From IMG/VR virus record IMGVR_UViG_3300005613_000006, positions 64,001 through 128,000 of that record: a stretch of 64,000 bases of DNA; one strand, written 5' to 3'. Position numbers and translations under genes: made by a program. The notes beneath the pieces are model-generated. The model saw only the letters and a list, made by a program, of their open reading frames with translations, did no database searches and had not been told where the DNA came from. This document shows, piece by piece, positions 10,064-18,884 of the stretch; position 1 is the first letter of the stretch, and each line of letters begins with the position of its first letter. The stretch is from a virus.

Positions 10064-10542
10064 TGAAAATCTGCTTTTAATATCCTCTTGGCCGCTTCTC
10101 TATCCATCATTGCAAGGCTCAAATCTACGTTATGTTCTTCCCAGCCGTAAAAGCCAGCACGTCGCGGTTCGCCTATCCCAAATACTTTTTGAACAGCGGC
10201 TTCACTGACAATACCGTGGTCTCTAGCCAGTAGGATTTCCCTTCGAGTCTGCTCATCCATTTGGTCACACCCCCAGAGGCGCATCTCTTCCATTGCCTCG
10301 GGGCTAACGAACAAGTCGTTTAACTTTGAGGTATCTGGTTGGGGCAGCTTGGCAGTACGCTCAAGAATCTCTCGTAGCTCTTGCTTAGATAGAGTCCGAC
10401 AATCACATAGGAGACCTGGGCCAGGATTGGGGTTCCACCCATCATCAGTCACAACCACCTTCGGTGTTTCTTCGGCCTTGACCAGCGCTGCCGGTGCAAG
10501 CAGGGCAGCCACACAGGCTTTGAGAAAGTTACGTCTTTGCAT
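10060..10542 (-). CDS. Tat-signal protein with putative capsid-derived segments
   Basis: MQRRNFLK + hydrophobic core + VKA cleavage site; KLNDLFVSPEAMEE...AGFYGW. Confidence 0.65.
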   Translation of the reverse strand: MQRRNFLKACVAALLAPAALVKAEETPKVVVTDDGWNPNPGPGLLCDCRTLSKQELREILERTAKLPQPDTSKLNDLFVSPEAMEEMRLWGCDQMDEQTRREILLARDHGIVSEAAVQKVFGIGEPRRAGFYGWEEHNVDLSLAMMDREAAKRILKADFQ

Positions 10543-11134
10543 GGTCTTTGTCCTTCAAAAAGTCTAACGGAAACTCAGGACAAGCCATAGGCGGAAGCCG
10601 TTGAATGTCAAACCCTTTTGTGTCCTCAACAAACTGCATGTAGTCTGCTACATATCTATCAGCGGCTTTCTGGTCCACAATCTCAATCTCCGAAGTAACC
10701 TCTACCGGAAAGTCTACCATTCGGTGGTACGGCGCGCGGCGTCCAAGTTCCCAAAGTTCTTCCCTCTCCATCTGTTCGACTGTCTTCCACTGATGGTGAG
10801 CAAGCATGTCTGAAAATTCACCATCGGGCACTATACATTTGTCAATGTCCTCCTCTTTGAAGACGGCGTTAGGGCGATAGTCTTGATATACGCGCTCACA
10901 CTCTTCCAAAAACGCTTTCAGTCCCTCGTTGGCATGGTTTGTTGCCTCGATATTCTTCTCGAAACTCTTTCTCAGCAGACTCATAGCCCGCTCAACACCC
11001 TCCCACCGTGGTTCTTTGACGTTATCCAGCACAAAATCAACTGGTGGTTCAGGCTTTGCAGTCACGGTCTTGACCAACGCTAGCGGAGCCAGCAGGGCAG
11101 CCGCCGCAGCCTTTAGGAAACCTCTTCGTTCCAT
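10529..11134 (-). CDS. Tat-signal protein with putative capsid-derived segments
   Basis: MERRGFLK + AAAAALLAPLAL; RWEGVERAMSLLRKSF, PEFPLDFL. Confidence 0.65.
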   Translation of the reverse strand: MERRGFLKAAAAALLAPLALVKTVTAKPEPPVDFVLDNVKEPRWEGVERAMSLLRKSFEKNIEATNHANEGLKAFLEECERVYQDYRPNAVFKEEDIDKCIVPDGEFSDMLAHHQWKTVEQMEREELWELGRRAPYHRMVDFPVEVTSEIEIVDQKAADRYVADYMQFVEDTKGFDIQRLPPMACPEFPLDFLKDKDHAKT

Positions 11135-12378
11135 TTGTCTATTCCTTCGATGCTGTGTTGTTGAGTTACGTCTACCAGTCTCCCCTTGCCAGACCAGTAT
11201 TGATAATATGGTCCTTTACTCCCCAGTTCTCCCTCAAGGGCTTCCTTCATTTGCTCGCCCACCGCTTGATAGGAGAAGTCATAAGCGCGGTCAATACCAA
11301 TGTCAGCCCTTTGTTTTCTTTTATCCTCCTGCTCGAACGCTTCACGCATGGCTCTCTGCAATCCGCGAATGCTGATGCTTTCCCAATTCTCGTTTCCTTG
11401 GAAAAGGTCGGGCATGATGTTGTCGGCGGTCATACCGAAACAGGGCTCTGTGTGTGTGGGAACCAACCACCCGCCCAAACCGCCACCCTTTTCTCCAGCG
11501 GGTCGGTAGATGAATTCGCTCATGCCTCCAACTTGAGAACAGATTGGAGTCTTTCCCATTGCCATAGCGTCAAACGCTGGGATACACCAGCTTTCACCAT
11601 AGGACGGCATCACGAAGCAGTCACACGTATTGTGTAGCATCATCATCTTCTGTTCGTCAAACCGTTGCGTGATGATGATTTCGCCAAGGAAATCATCCTC
11701 GTTGGGATACAGCTTCAACTCTCGTTTGATTTGGACACAGATTTCCTGCACATGTTTGTCGCACTCGCCAGCGGGCATACCGCTTAGATTAGCCTTAATC
11801 ACTAGCGTAACAGGCTCCGACTTACGGAATTCTAAATGATAGGCTTTCAGCAGAGCGGCCAAGTTCTTGCGCCTCGTCACTTCGCCAATCGTGTAGAACA
11901 CAAACTTGCCGCGAAGTTGTGGTATCTTGATTTTCTCGTAGTGACGAGCATACTTGCTTGGGTCACATGGAACTGGCATCACACGCATTGGTCTTTGAAC
12001 ATAACTGTTGGTCGAAGCGCGTAGCATTTGTTCATTGCATACCCATGCTTCATCCATCAAGTTCAATCGCTCGGCCCAGAAGGCGTTGCGGAAGTGGCTG
12101 GTTTCACTATGGAACAACCCGATATTCTTATCAAAGTGTCCACAGTAATCCATCATGTGTGGCAGTATATGTTGAATCACAACATCACAGCCTTCATCAC
12201 TCTGGGCTTCCAGTTCTACGATACGCTCTGGCACTTCAACCTCGGCGTCGTTCAACTTGATTGGTCGAGGCACAACCTCAACGCCTGCGGCATCCAGTGC
12301 GAGGATGTAGTTTTCAGCCGCGTGACTCCATCCGGTGCCATCTCGATAAACACCCAAAAATAAAACTTTATTTGACAT
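11113..12378 (-). CDS. GT4 family glycosyltransferase
   Basis: RKNLAALLKAY, FVMPSYGESWCIPAFDAMAMGK. Confidence 0.9.
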   Translation of the reverse strand: MSNKVLFLGVYRDGTGWSHAAENYILALDAAGVEVVPRPIKLNDAEVEVPERIVELEAQSDEGCDVVIQHILPHMMDYCGHFDKNIGLFHSETSHFRNAFWAERLNLMDEAWVCNEQMLRASTNSYVQRPMRVMPVPCDPSKYARHYEKIKIPQLRGKFVFYTIGEVTRRKNLAALLKAYHLEFRKSEPVTLVIKANLSGMPAGECDKHVQEICVQIKRELKLYPNEDDFLGEIIITQRFDEQKMMMLHNTCDCFVMPSYGESWCIPAFDAMAMGKTPICSQVGGMSEFIYRPAGEKGGGLGGWLVPTHTEPCFGMTADNIMPDLFQGNENWESISIRGLQRAMREAFEQEDKRKQRADIGIDRAYDFSYQAVGEQMKEALEGELGSKGPYYQYWSGKGRLVDVTQQHSIEGIDKWNEEVS

Positions 12379-12919
12379 GTTGAGTTACCTTCTTGCACAA
12401 TGCGACGAATTCATCATGTGTTAGATTCCATTTCATCGTCTGGATTGATTTGTATATCCAATGGATGTTATTTTTAGTGTAGCCTTTAGAAGAGTCGATG
12501 CGGTCTAATGACGCCAAGTTGTCTTTTTTGTTATCTCTTTTTGTTACACCCTTGGGTAGCGTTAAGCATAAGCCAGTATATGGACAAACGCCACCTTGTT
12601 TTATCCACTGTTTCCATAAGTCTTTTGGCATCACTTTGACAGCAATATCTCGCTTATTGGCATTTCGTTGGACACGATTAAAGTATGCGCCATATATCCC
12701 TTCGTGTCCAGAAAATCCAGATGCGTTTTTACCGCGAGATAGACAACCACAGCTTCGTGTTTTGTTGCCAGTTAAGTGATACTTCTTAACTTCTGTAGTA
12801 TTGCCACATTCACATTGACATAACCACCATTCGTGTCGCTTGCGTGTTTTTGCTATTTTGATTGCTGTTAATAGACCAAACTTCTGACCAGCAATGTCTT
12901 TCCAATTCTTGTGTCTCAT
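12368..12919 (-). CDS. free-standing HNH-like homing endonuclease (SLDRID type)
   Basis: GQKFGLLT...CQCECG...SCGC; SLDRIDSSKGYTKNNIHW; AT-rich. Confidence 0.8.
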   Translation of the reverse strand: MRHKNWKDIAGQKFGLLTAIKIAKTRKRHEWWLCQCECGNTTEVKKYHLTGNKTRSCGCLSRGKNASGFSGHEGIYGAYFNRVQRNANKRDIAVKVMPKDLWKQWIKQGGVCPYTGLCLTLPKGVTKRDNKKDNLASLDRIDSSKGYTKNNIHWIYKSIQTMKWNLTHDEFVALCKKVTQHVK

Positions 12920-12953
12920 TGTACTTCTCCGTGTTGATGTAATGTACCCAATA

Positions 12954-12967
12954 TATTATACACCAAA
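12954..12967 (-). promoter_or_regulatory. conserved promoter-like motif TTTGGTGTATAATA
   Basis: Exact motif about 35 nt upstream of endonuclease ATG. Confidence 0.75.
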
Positions 12968-12983
12968 CTACGGACTGGGGACA

Positions 12984-13406
12984 TTATTTGAGAACCTCAA
13001 GAACCTCATCCATGTTGATGCAAATATGGTCACACATTTTGACCATCAACTCTGGTTCACCATTGTCCAAAAGTAGGATGGTGAACTTGCCAGCCCCGGC
13101 TCCCCAACCCAGTTCAAGCGAAGCCGACCGACCAAACGGCTGTACCGCCACGATAGTGTCGCACCATTCCAGCGCGTCCATGTCTCGCGCGAAACCGAAT
13201 TCTGCAAGGTGGTGCGTCAATTTGTCCCGATACTGTTCCGGTGTCCACGACTGCCAGTCTGGGTCAATTTGTGACCAATGAAATCCGCTGTCGCCTTGAC
13301 GTGGATGGCGGAAATCGTATACATCATGCCCAGCGTTGTGAAGTAGTCGCACTACTTCGGGTTGGCGTTCATTGCGCCATGAACTTGCTACGTAAATCTT
13401 ACTCAT
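12984..13406 (-). CDS. nucleoside 2-deoxyribosyltransferase-like protein
   Basis: KIYVASSW, DMDALEWCD, SASLELGW. Confidence 0.7.
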   Translation of the reverse strand: MSKIYVASSWRNERQPEVVRLLHNAGHDVYDFRHPRQGDSGFHWSQIDPDWQSWTPEQYRDKLTHHLAEFGFARDMDALEWCDTIVAVQPFGRSASLELGWGAGAGKFTILLLDNGEPELMVKMCDHICINMDEVLEVLK

Positions 13407-13407
13407 G

Positions 13408-13833
13408 TTACACCTGTGCGTGAAATGGGTCTAGCCCTTGGTCTCGTAAAATGGCACAGCCTTGCATGAGCGGGGCGGGCACATGTTCCCACCTGTACCA
13501 ATCCCAATACTCACACTTGTCTTTCTCCATCACTTTCGGTTCTCCCTCTATGTAATCACAAACATAGAAGAGAACTACGTAATGTTTTCCTTCGTCGTAA
13601 AAGCGGGTGTTGGTCATCGCCCAAAACTTAGGATGAGTAACCTTTATATCTTCCCCGGCCTCTTCGCGTAGCTCTCGAATGGCTGTCTCGGCAGGGTCTT
13701 CCCACATTTCCAAGTGGCCTCCAGCAAAGGCGTGAGTCCCTGGCGCATGGTCCCCTTTACGTTTGTGCATCAGCACACTACTATCCGAATGACGACGAAC
13801 CACACACGCAACTCCAACTAATGGCCTATCCAT
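13408..13833 (-). CDS. Nudix hydrolase (NUDT15/MutT-like)
   Basis: GGHLEMWEDPAETAIRELREEAG Nudix box. Confidence 0.9.
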   Translation of the reverse strand: MDRPLVGVACVVRRHSDSSVLMHKRKGDHAPGTHAFAGGHLEMWEDPAETAIRELREEAGEDIKVTHPKFWAMTNTRFYDEGKHYVVLFYVCDYIEGEPKVMEKDKCEYWDWYRWEHVPAPLMQGCAILRDQGLDPFHAQV

Positions 13834-15571
13834 TACTTGCTTCCTTTTTGTTAGCGATGAACAACGGCTTCGACATTGCCAGTCTTGCTGTCCTTCTTTC
13901 TTCCCACTTCGTATCCAACTGATTGTAATGTATCATCTTGTGAACAGCATCTTCCGCAGTGAACGGAAGATAGTGGTTCTTGTTTGCCAACAGACTACCC
14001 TCGTTGAACTTGGTGTCACCAGTATCAGTAATGGCAAAGCCGTAGTTCAAGTCTCGCATCATCTTGAGGGCCGCATAGCTGGTTACCATGTCTGGCCGTC
14101 CCCAAATGTTGGCAAAGCCCCATGTTACCAGTTGCTCGTAGCTAAGCCCCTGTGGTATCTTCAAATCAGGCTGGTGAATGCGAGCGGGCGAGTCCCATGT
14201 CTTGGCTTGGTCGGGCACTTCCAGACTGTCAAAGTATTTTTCCCATACCTTGGCTGTCTTATCCCACGAATAGTGTTTTCGCGCAGCTTTATATGTCTCG
14301 CGACCCCTTTTCAACCTCATTGCTTCTGGCTGGCGCAGAAACTTGGACAACTGGGTTATCAAGTCTCGGTTGTCAGGCACAGCCCGGTACGCATGTGTCT
14401 CAGATTCGCGTGTGACACACAAGGGCTTAATCGGAATGCCCTTGACGTTGCGAAGCACAGACGACATAGCCGAATAATCAACGGCCATGATGGGCACACC
14501 ACAGGCGGCTGCTTCCAACTGGGGCATACCGAAGCCTTCACAGATGGAGTATTGTACATACACGTCCATTACGTTGAGTATGTCGGACAGTTGTTCTTTA
14601 CTCACGCCAGCTTGAGTGCTGGGCAACTCAGCCTTGGGTCTACCGCAGTTGAGACAGGTCGTCCTGGCGTCTTGGAAGAACAGCGGTTGTACATTTCCAC
14701 AGTGGCTACACACATAGGTGAATAGAACTTTGTGGCCAAGGTGTTCCTCTCGCAGCAAACGTGGCATGTCCCAACCTATATCGGGATAGCTCGTATGAAT
14801 GTAGAGAAATGTGCGGTCGGCCAACGCCGGGTTTTCTTCCAGCATGATGCGGAATGAACGAAGCAACTCAGCATACATTTTGCGCTTCTGGTTCCGCATA
14901 ACGGTTCCTACAATCAGCACCTTGTCTTTGAAGGCCATCATGGACTTGTGCTGGGCTTTGTTGCGCACTGGTTTCAGCACATCAAAGTCGGCGGCTGGCG
15001 GCGCAAGGGCAAACACCTTGCCGATTCTAGCGTTTTGAATCTCGGTGTTCCAGGCGGTGCCGGGCACAACAATCTCTTTGCCTTCCAATACATCGCGACC
15101 AAATTCGCTGTAAGCACACAAGGCATCGGCGTTGCGGTAGCTGTATACCCAACGGTCGGGCAGCGGCGCAGAGTCAACTGTGGGCATGATTACCCACTTG
15201 TAGAAGTCTCGGAACGGAGAATGCTCTGCAAACTCCATCATCCACCAATCGCGTATGTCCCACACCACGTCTGGTCGGAAGTCCAAACAGGTTTCCTCGA
15301 ACTTCCAGCATCCGAACTGGTTTAGATTGCTGGCAAGGTAGGTGTCTTCATCGTCGGGCGTGTCGGGCAAGTTACCATAGAACGTCCAGGGGATGCTTAG
15401 CCGTCGCTTGTCATTCCAGTGTCCGTAGCTAGCCAACTCTGCTATCTCGTACTTGCCAGTCTCATGTAGACGAGACAATACCTCTCGGTCGTATACTCCA
15501 TATCCTGTGTTGAGGTAAGCCGCCTCACCGCACCAGAGTATCCTAAGTTTCCTTTTGTTCTTCGTCGTCAT
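13826..15571 (-). CDS. GT4 family glycosyltransferase with Zn-ribbon insert
   Basis: EGFGMPQLEAAACGVP; CSHC...CLNC. Confidence 0.88.
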   Translation of the reverse strand: MTTKNKRKLRILWCGEAAYLNTGYGVYDREVLSRLHETGKYEIAELASYGHWNDKRRLSIPWTFYGNLPDTPDDEDTYLASNLNQFGCWKFEETCLDFRPDVVWDIRDWWMMEFAEHSPFRDFYKWVIMPTVDSAPLPDRWVYSYRNADALCAYSEFGRDVLEGKEIVVPGTAWNTEIQNARIGKVFALAPPAADFDVLKPVRNKAQHKSMMAFKDKVLIVGTVMRNQKRKMYAELLRSFRIMLEENPALADRTFLYIHTSYPDIGWDMPRLLREEHLGHKVLFTYVCSHCGNVQPLFFQDARTTCLNCGRPKAELPSTQAGVSKEQLSDILNVMDVYVQYSICEGFGMPQLEAAACGVPIMAVDYSAMSSVLRNVKGIPIKPLCVTRESETHAYRAVPDNRDLITQLSKFLRQPEAMRLKRGRETYKAARKHYSWDKTAKVWEKYFDSLEVPDQAKTWDSPARIHQPDLKIPQGLSYEQLVTWGFANIWGRPDMVTSYAALKMMRDLNYGFAITDTGDTKFNEGSLLANKNHYLPFTAEDAVHKMIHYNQLDTKWEERRTARLAMSKPLFIANKKEASNG

Positions 15572-15926
15572 CTTCTTTTTTCTTTCTGACTAAAGCAAGT
15601 CCTATATTGCTAGGGAAGTCAAACTTCTCTATCCGAAACACAATCTTGCTGATTGTCTGTCCAGTCTTCTTGTCTTCGTAGATGTTGTTCCGCGCAGACG
15701 AGTCGTTGACGATAAGCACGTCGCCTTTGTGACAGTATTGCACAATGACCTCTGCCGCGCTGTCCCATATCTCAAAGTCCAGAAAGTTGACCTTAGATTT
15801 ACCCTTGAATCTGCGTTGTACCGCCAAGGTGAATCGTGCGACACATGTATCGTCACCATCATCCTTCTCGATTCTACGCAGGGCTGGGTCTGCGGTAAAG
15901 CGTCCTATAAATGTGCAGTTGTTCAT
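15543..15926 (-). CDS. ssb: single-stranded DNA-binding protein
   Basis: MNNCTFIGRFTADP...FTLAV...KGD. Confidence 0.85.
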   Translation of the reverse strand: MNNCTFIGRFTADPALRRIEKDDGDDTCVARFTLAVQRRFKGKSKVNFLDFEIWDSAAEVIVQYCHKGDVLIVNDSSARNNIYEDKKTGQTISKIVFRIEKFDFPSNIGLALVRKKKEDDDEEQKET

Positions 15927-16456
15927 TACGACATGTCTCCCTGACAGACCCTACATACTATGTTATAACCCACCAATACTCCATATTGGTCTGCCGCTTG
16001 CAAGAGACCGTCAGAAAAACCATTCTGATATGCTTGTTGAATCAATGCTTTCAACGCCTTCTCTTTCTCTAACATCTCTGGCGTTTCTTCATCGCCCCCA
16101 TCTATGCCCCTTAAAAGTGTGCCTTCATCTACCTCAGTATCATCAATGAAGTATTTCAACAACGTCGCGTTGTATTGTAGATATGAGCAACAAAAGATGG
16201 TATCACAAATTATGCAGGACTTTCGTGCATAAGGTGGACATTCAATGTCGAAACCGTCGCGCAACTCTTCTCCATGCCAAGCCTGTATGGATATACCCTC
16301 GGGAGTTAGCTGGTAGTCCCGTCTAAATCCATTGCTGCGCGGCTCTAAGAGGCGCGGCGGATAGTAGAATGAACACCCAGCCTGTGTGAGTTTCCCATAG
16401 ACATAGTAATCATGGTCTTGTAGGAGTTGCTGTGCTGCTTTGTGGTAGTCTTGCAT
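15926..16456 (-). CDS. hypothetical protein
   Basis: ORF coupled to ssb. Confidence 0.65.
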   Translation of the reverse strand: MQDYHKAAQQLLQDHDYYVYGKLTQAGCSFYYPPRLLEPRSNGFRRDYQLTPEGISIQAWHGEELRDGFDIECPPYARKSCIICDTIFCCSYLQYNATLLKYFIDDTEVDEGTLLRGIDGGDEETPEMLEKEKALKALIQQAYQNGFSDGLLQAADQYGVLVGYNIVCRVCQGDMS

Positions 16457-16492
16457 ATCTTATAGTACCAGCCAATCCAGCCAAATATAAAG

Positions 16493-18214
16493 CTAAATCT
16501 GCCAAACTTTCTCGATAATCGAGGAGTCACTTGAGTTGCTTCGCTTTACTTGTATGAGGACTGTATTGCCCTGATACAGAAGACTTTGTGCCATCTTCCA
16601 CTTATCGGGGAAACACACAAGGTCGTCCAAAGCACAGGTGTTGTCTTCGGCGGTTATAAACGCCATCGCTTGCCCAGGAGTCTTGCCGCGTTTGGTGAAG
16701 ACCTTCTTCACATTCGTAATCTCCACGGCCACCAGCATATAGTCGGCCTTGGCCCCCTCGGCTATTTCCTTGCATGTGTGATTTGCTTTACTCGCATCCA
16801 TGCATCCATCTACCCTACTGTACGTAATCCCTGCACCCAGATAGCGTTCTTCGTCAAACGCGATTTCGTCTGGCGGGTCTTCCAGTGAGTTTGGAGGACA
16901 CTGCAACAGATTGCGAATACTTAGCACCACGTCTACCCGCTTGGCCGTATGACAACCGCCGCCTTCCTTTTTAGTGCGGGCACAGTCAGTCAGCGCATGA
17001 GCAAGACTAGGCCAATGTTGTATTGCCGTATCTCCGTTCTGATAGTCTTCTACCATCCAAGGATACTGCCGTTGCACAACCCAATCGCGTTCCTTATCTG
17101 TCAACTGGCTCCATCGCGCTATCTCAAACTTCATGCGACGGCGCGGAACACCTAAGAAGTCTATTGCTCCCGCCGCAATAAGGGCGACGTTAACAGTCGA
17201 AGGAATCTTATCCGAGAAGTACATCAGGTAGTCTTCCCAGGTCCAATCCTTGACGTTCTTTCGCAGAATAAGTTCTGCCTCTTTGACGTGGCGATGCAGC
17301 CTATTCAGCGCCGCTTCACCCACCTGTTTGATGTTGGAGAGGCCAAAGCGCAACTGGTCGTCAACAATATGAAACTCTTCCTGACGAGTTCGCAAGTCTG
17401 GTGTGCAGATGTTGATACCAGTTTGTCTGGCGTCAGAAACCAGTTCCTTAATCTCGGCAAACTTGTCTTGTTTCCAAGCAGAGCCGCGTAGATATGAACA
17501 GTAAAACTGTAGAGGCATGTGGGCCTTGCAGTATGCTGACCAGTATGCACCCTCGCCATAGCAAACGGCGTGAGACTTGTTGAAGCTGTATCGCTGTGAC
17601 TCTCGAATCCACCCAAAGATTTCCTCGGCTTGTTCTGGATTGACGATGCCGGTCGCTTTGCAGCCGTCAATGAAACCCCCTTGCACCTTGGCCATAACGT
17701 CGGCTTTCTTCTTGCCGATGGCTTTTCTCAACACGTCAGCCTCTTGCTCATTAAAACCAGCCAGCGCCACGGATATTTTCATGGCCTGTTCTTGGTACGT
17801 TAGTACCCCATAGGTCTTGTTCAGCAATGGCTCTAGTGATGGATGGAGATACTCGACCTCTTCCAACAGATTCTTGCGGTCGGCGTATCGTTGGGTCATG
17901 GACTTGGGTGGGTCTCCACTCATAGCACGAAGACAACCGGGGCGCAGCAGAGCTACGAGAGCCCCGAGGTCTTCCAACGAGGTCGGCTGCACCTTCTTTG
18001 CCCAGATTTTGCCCAAGTGTCCTTCCAACTGGAAGATACCCTTAGTCTGACCTGATGCGAATAGTTGCCATGTGCGGGGGCAATCAAAGGGAATCTGGAA
18101 AATGTCCACGTCACACAGGGGTAACCTGGGGATTGCCTCGTATACTTGCATGTCGGGGGCTTCGGGGTCCACTATATTGAACGCACACCCACAATCAAAA
18201 TGTACTTTACCCAT
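16493..18214 (-). CDS. dnaE: DNA polymerase III alpha, C-terminal part
   Basis: KGIFQLE, ALLRPG, TYQEQ, YSFNKSHA, FGLSNIK, OB-fold MAFITAED. Confidence 0.92.
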   Translation of the reverse strand: MGKVHFDCGCAFNIVDPEAPDMQVYEAIPRLPLCDVDIFQIPFDCPRTWQLFASGQTKGIFQLEGHLGKIWAKKVQPTSLEDLGALVALLRPGCLRAMSGDPPKSMTQRYADRKNLLEEVEYLHPSLEPLLNKTYGVLTYQEQAMKISVALAGFNEQEADVLRKAIGKKKADVMAKVQGGFIDGCKATGIVNPEQAEEIFGWIRESQRYSFNKSHAVCYGEGAYWSAYCKAHMPLQFYCSYLRGSAWKQDKFAEIKELVSDARQTGINICTPDLRTRQEEFHIVDDQLRFGLSNIKQVGEAALNRLHRHVKEAELILRKNVKDWTWEDYLMYFSDKIPSTVNVALIAAGAIDFLGVPRRRMKFEIARWSQLTDKERDWVVQRQYPWMVEDYQNGDTAIQHWPSLAHALTDCARTKKEGGGCHTAKRVDVVLSIRNLLQCPPNSLEDPPDEIAFDEERYLGAGITYSRVDGCMDASKANHTCKEIAEGAKADYMLVAVEITNVKKVFTKRGKTPGQAMAFITAEDNTCALDDLVCFPDKWKMAQSLLYQGNTVLIQVKRSNSSDSSIIEKVWQI

Positions 18215-18884
18215 TTTTGAAACAGTCTTTCATTTCCATCCTACGGCGACCCGTAGTCTCATTCAAATCAGTCAAAGAGCGACACGCATTCAACAGCCGT
18301 ATCGCTATTCTTGCAGTCCATTTTGCATCAAACAACGCATCATGTGCGTTTTCCAAAACCTTCTTGTCTACTCCCATGTACTCCAAAATCGTTGGCAGCT
18401 TGATGTTCTTTATCTCTGGGTTGTTGTGAAACCACATCCACATTTCGTCTTGTACGTCGATGGCGAAGGCCGGGTTGAACAGGTTGGCCTCTTCTCTCTT
18501 GGCATCCCACTGTCCGTATTGCTGACAATACCGGCTCGTAATAATGCTGTCAAACCGTCTGATACCATAGCCTCCTCCAATGGGATAGGTAAACGAGTTG
18601 TCTCCCTTTCCCATACAGTGGCGTCGAACAAATGCCACAAACGAGGGCCAGACTACTTTCATTTCCGGCGCGGCCTCCAACCTTTCCATCGTAAACTTGT
18701 TGACCTTCAACGCCCCTGGCTCTACGGCGTCGAAATCTTCTGGCTTGCAATCACATACGAACTCATCCTTGATTTTCAAGTTGTAGCGGTTAACCGCAAC
18801 GGCCCCAATCTGGCAAATTTCACAGCTATGTGGGTTCTTGGCCACGGTCTCGTAGTCGTATATGATGTAGTGTCTATAGTCCAT
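18207..18884 (-). CDS. DEDDh 3'-5' exonuclease (epsilon-like)
   Basis: IYDYET, RRFD, AHDALFD. Confidence 0.88.
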   Translation of the reverse strand: MDYRHYIIYDYETVAKNPHSCEICQIGAVAVNRYNLKIKDEFVCDCKPEDFDAVEPGALKVNKFTMERLEAAPEMKVVWPSFVAFVRRHCMGKGDNSFTYPIGGGYGIRRFDSIITSRYCQQYGQWDAKREEANLFNPAFAIDVQDEMWMWFHNNPEIKNIKLPTILEYMGVDKKVLENAHDALFDAKWTARIAIRLLNACRSLTDLNETTGRRRMEMKDCFKNG

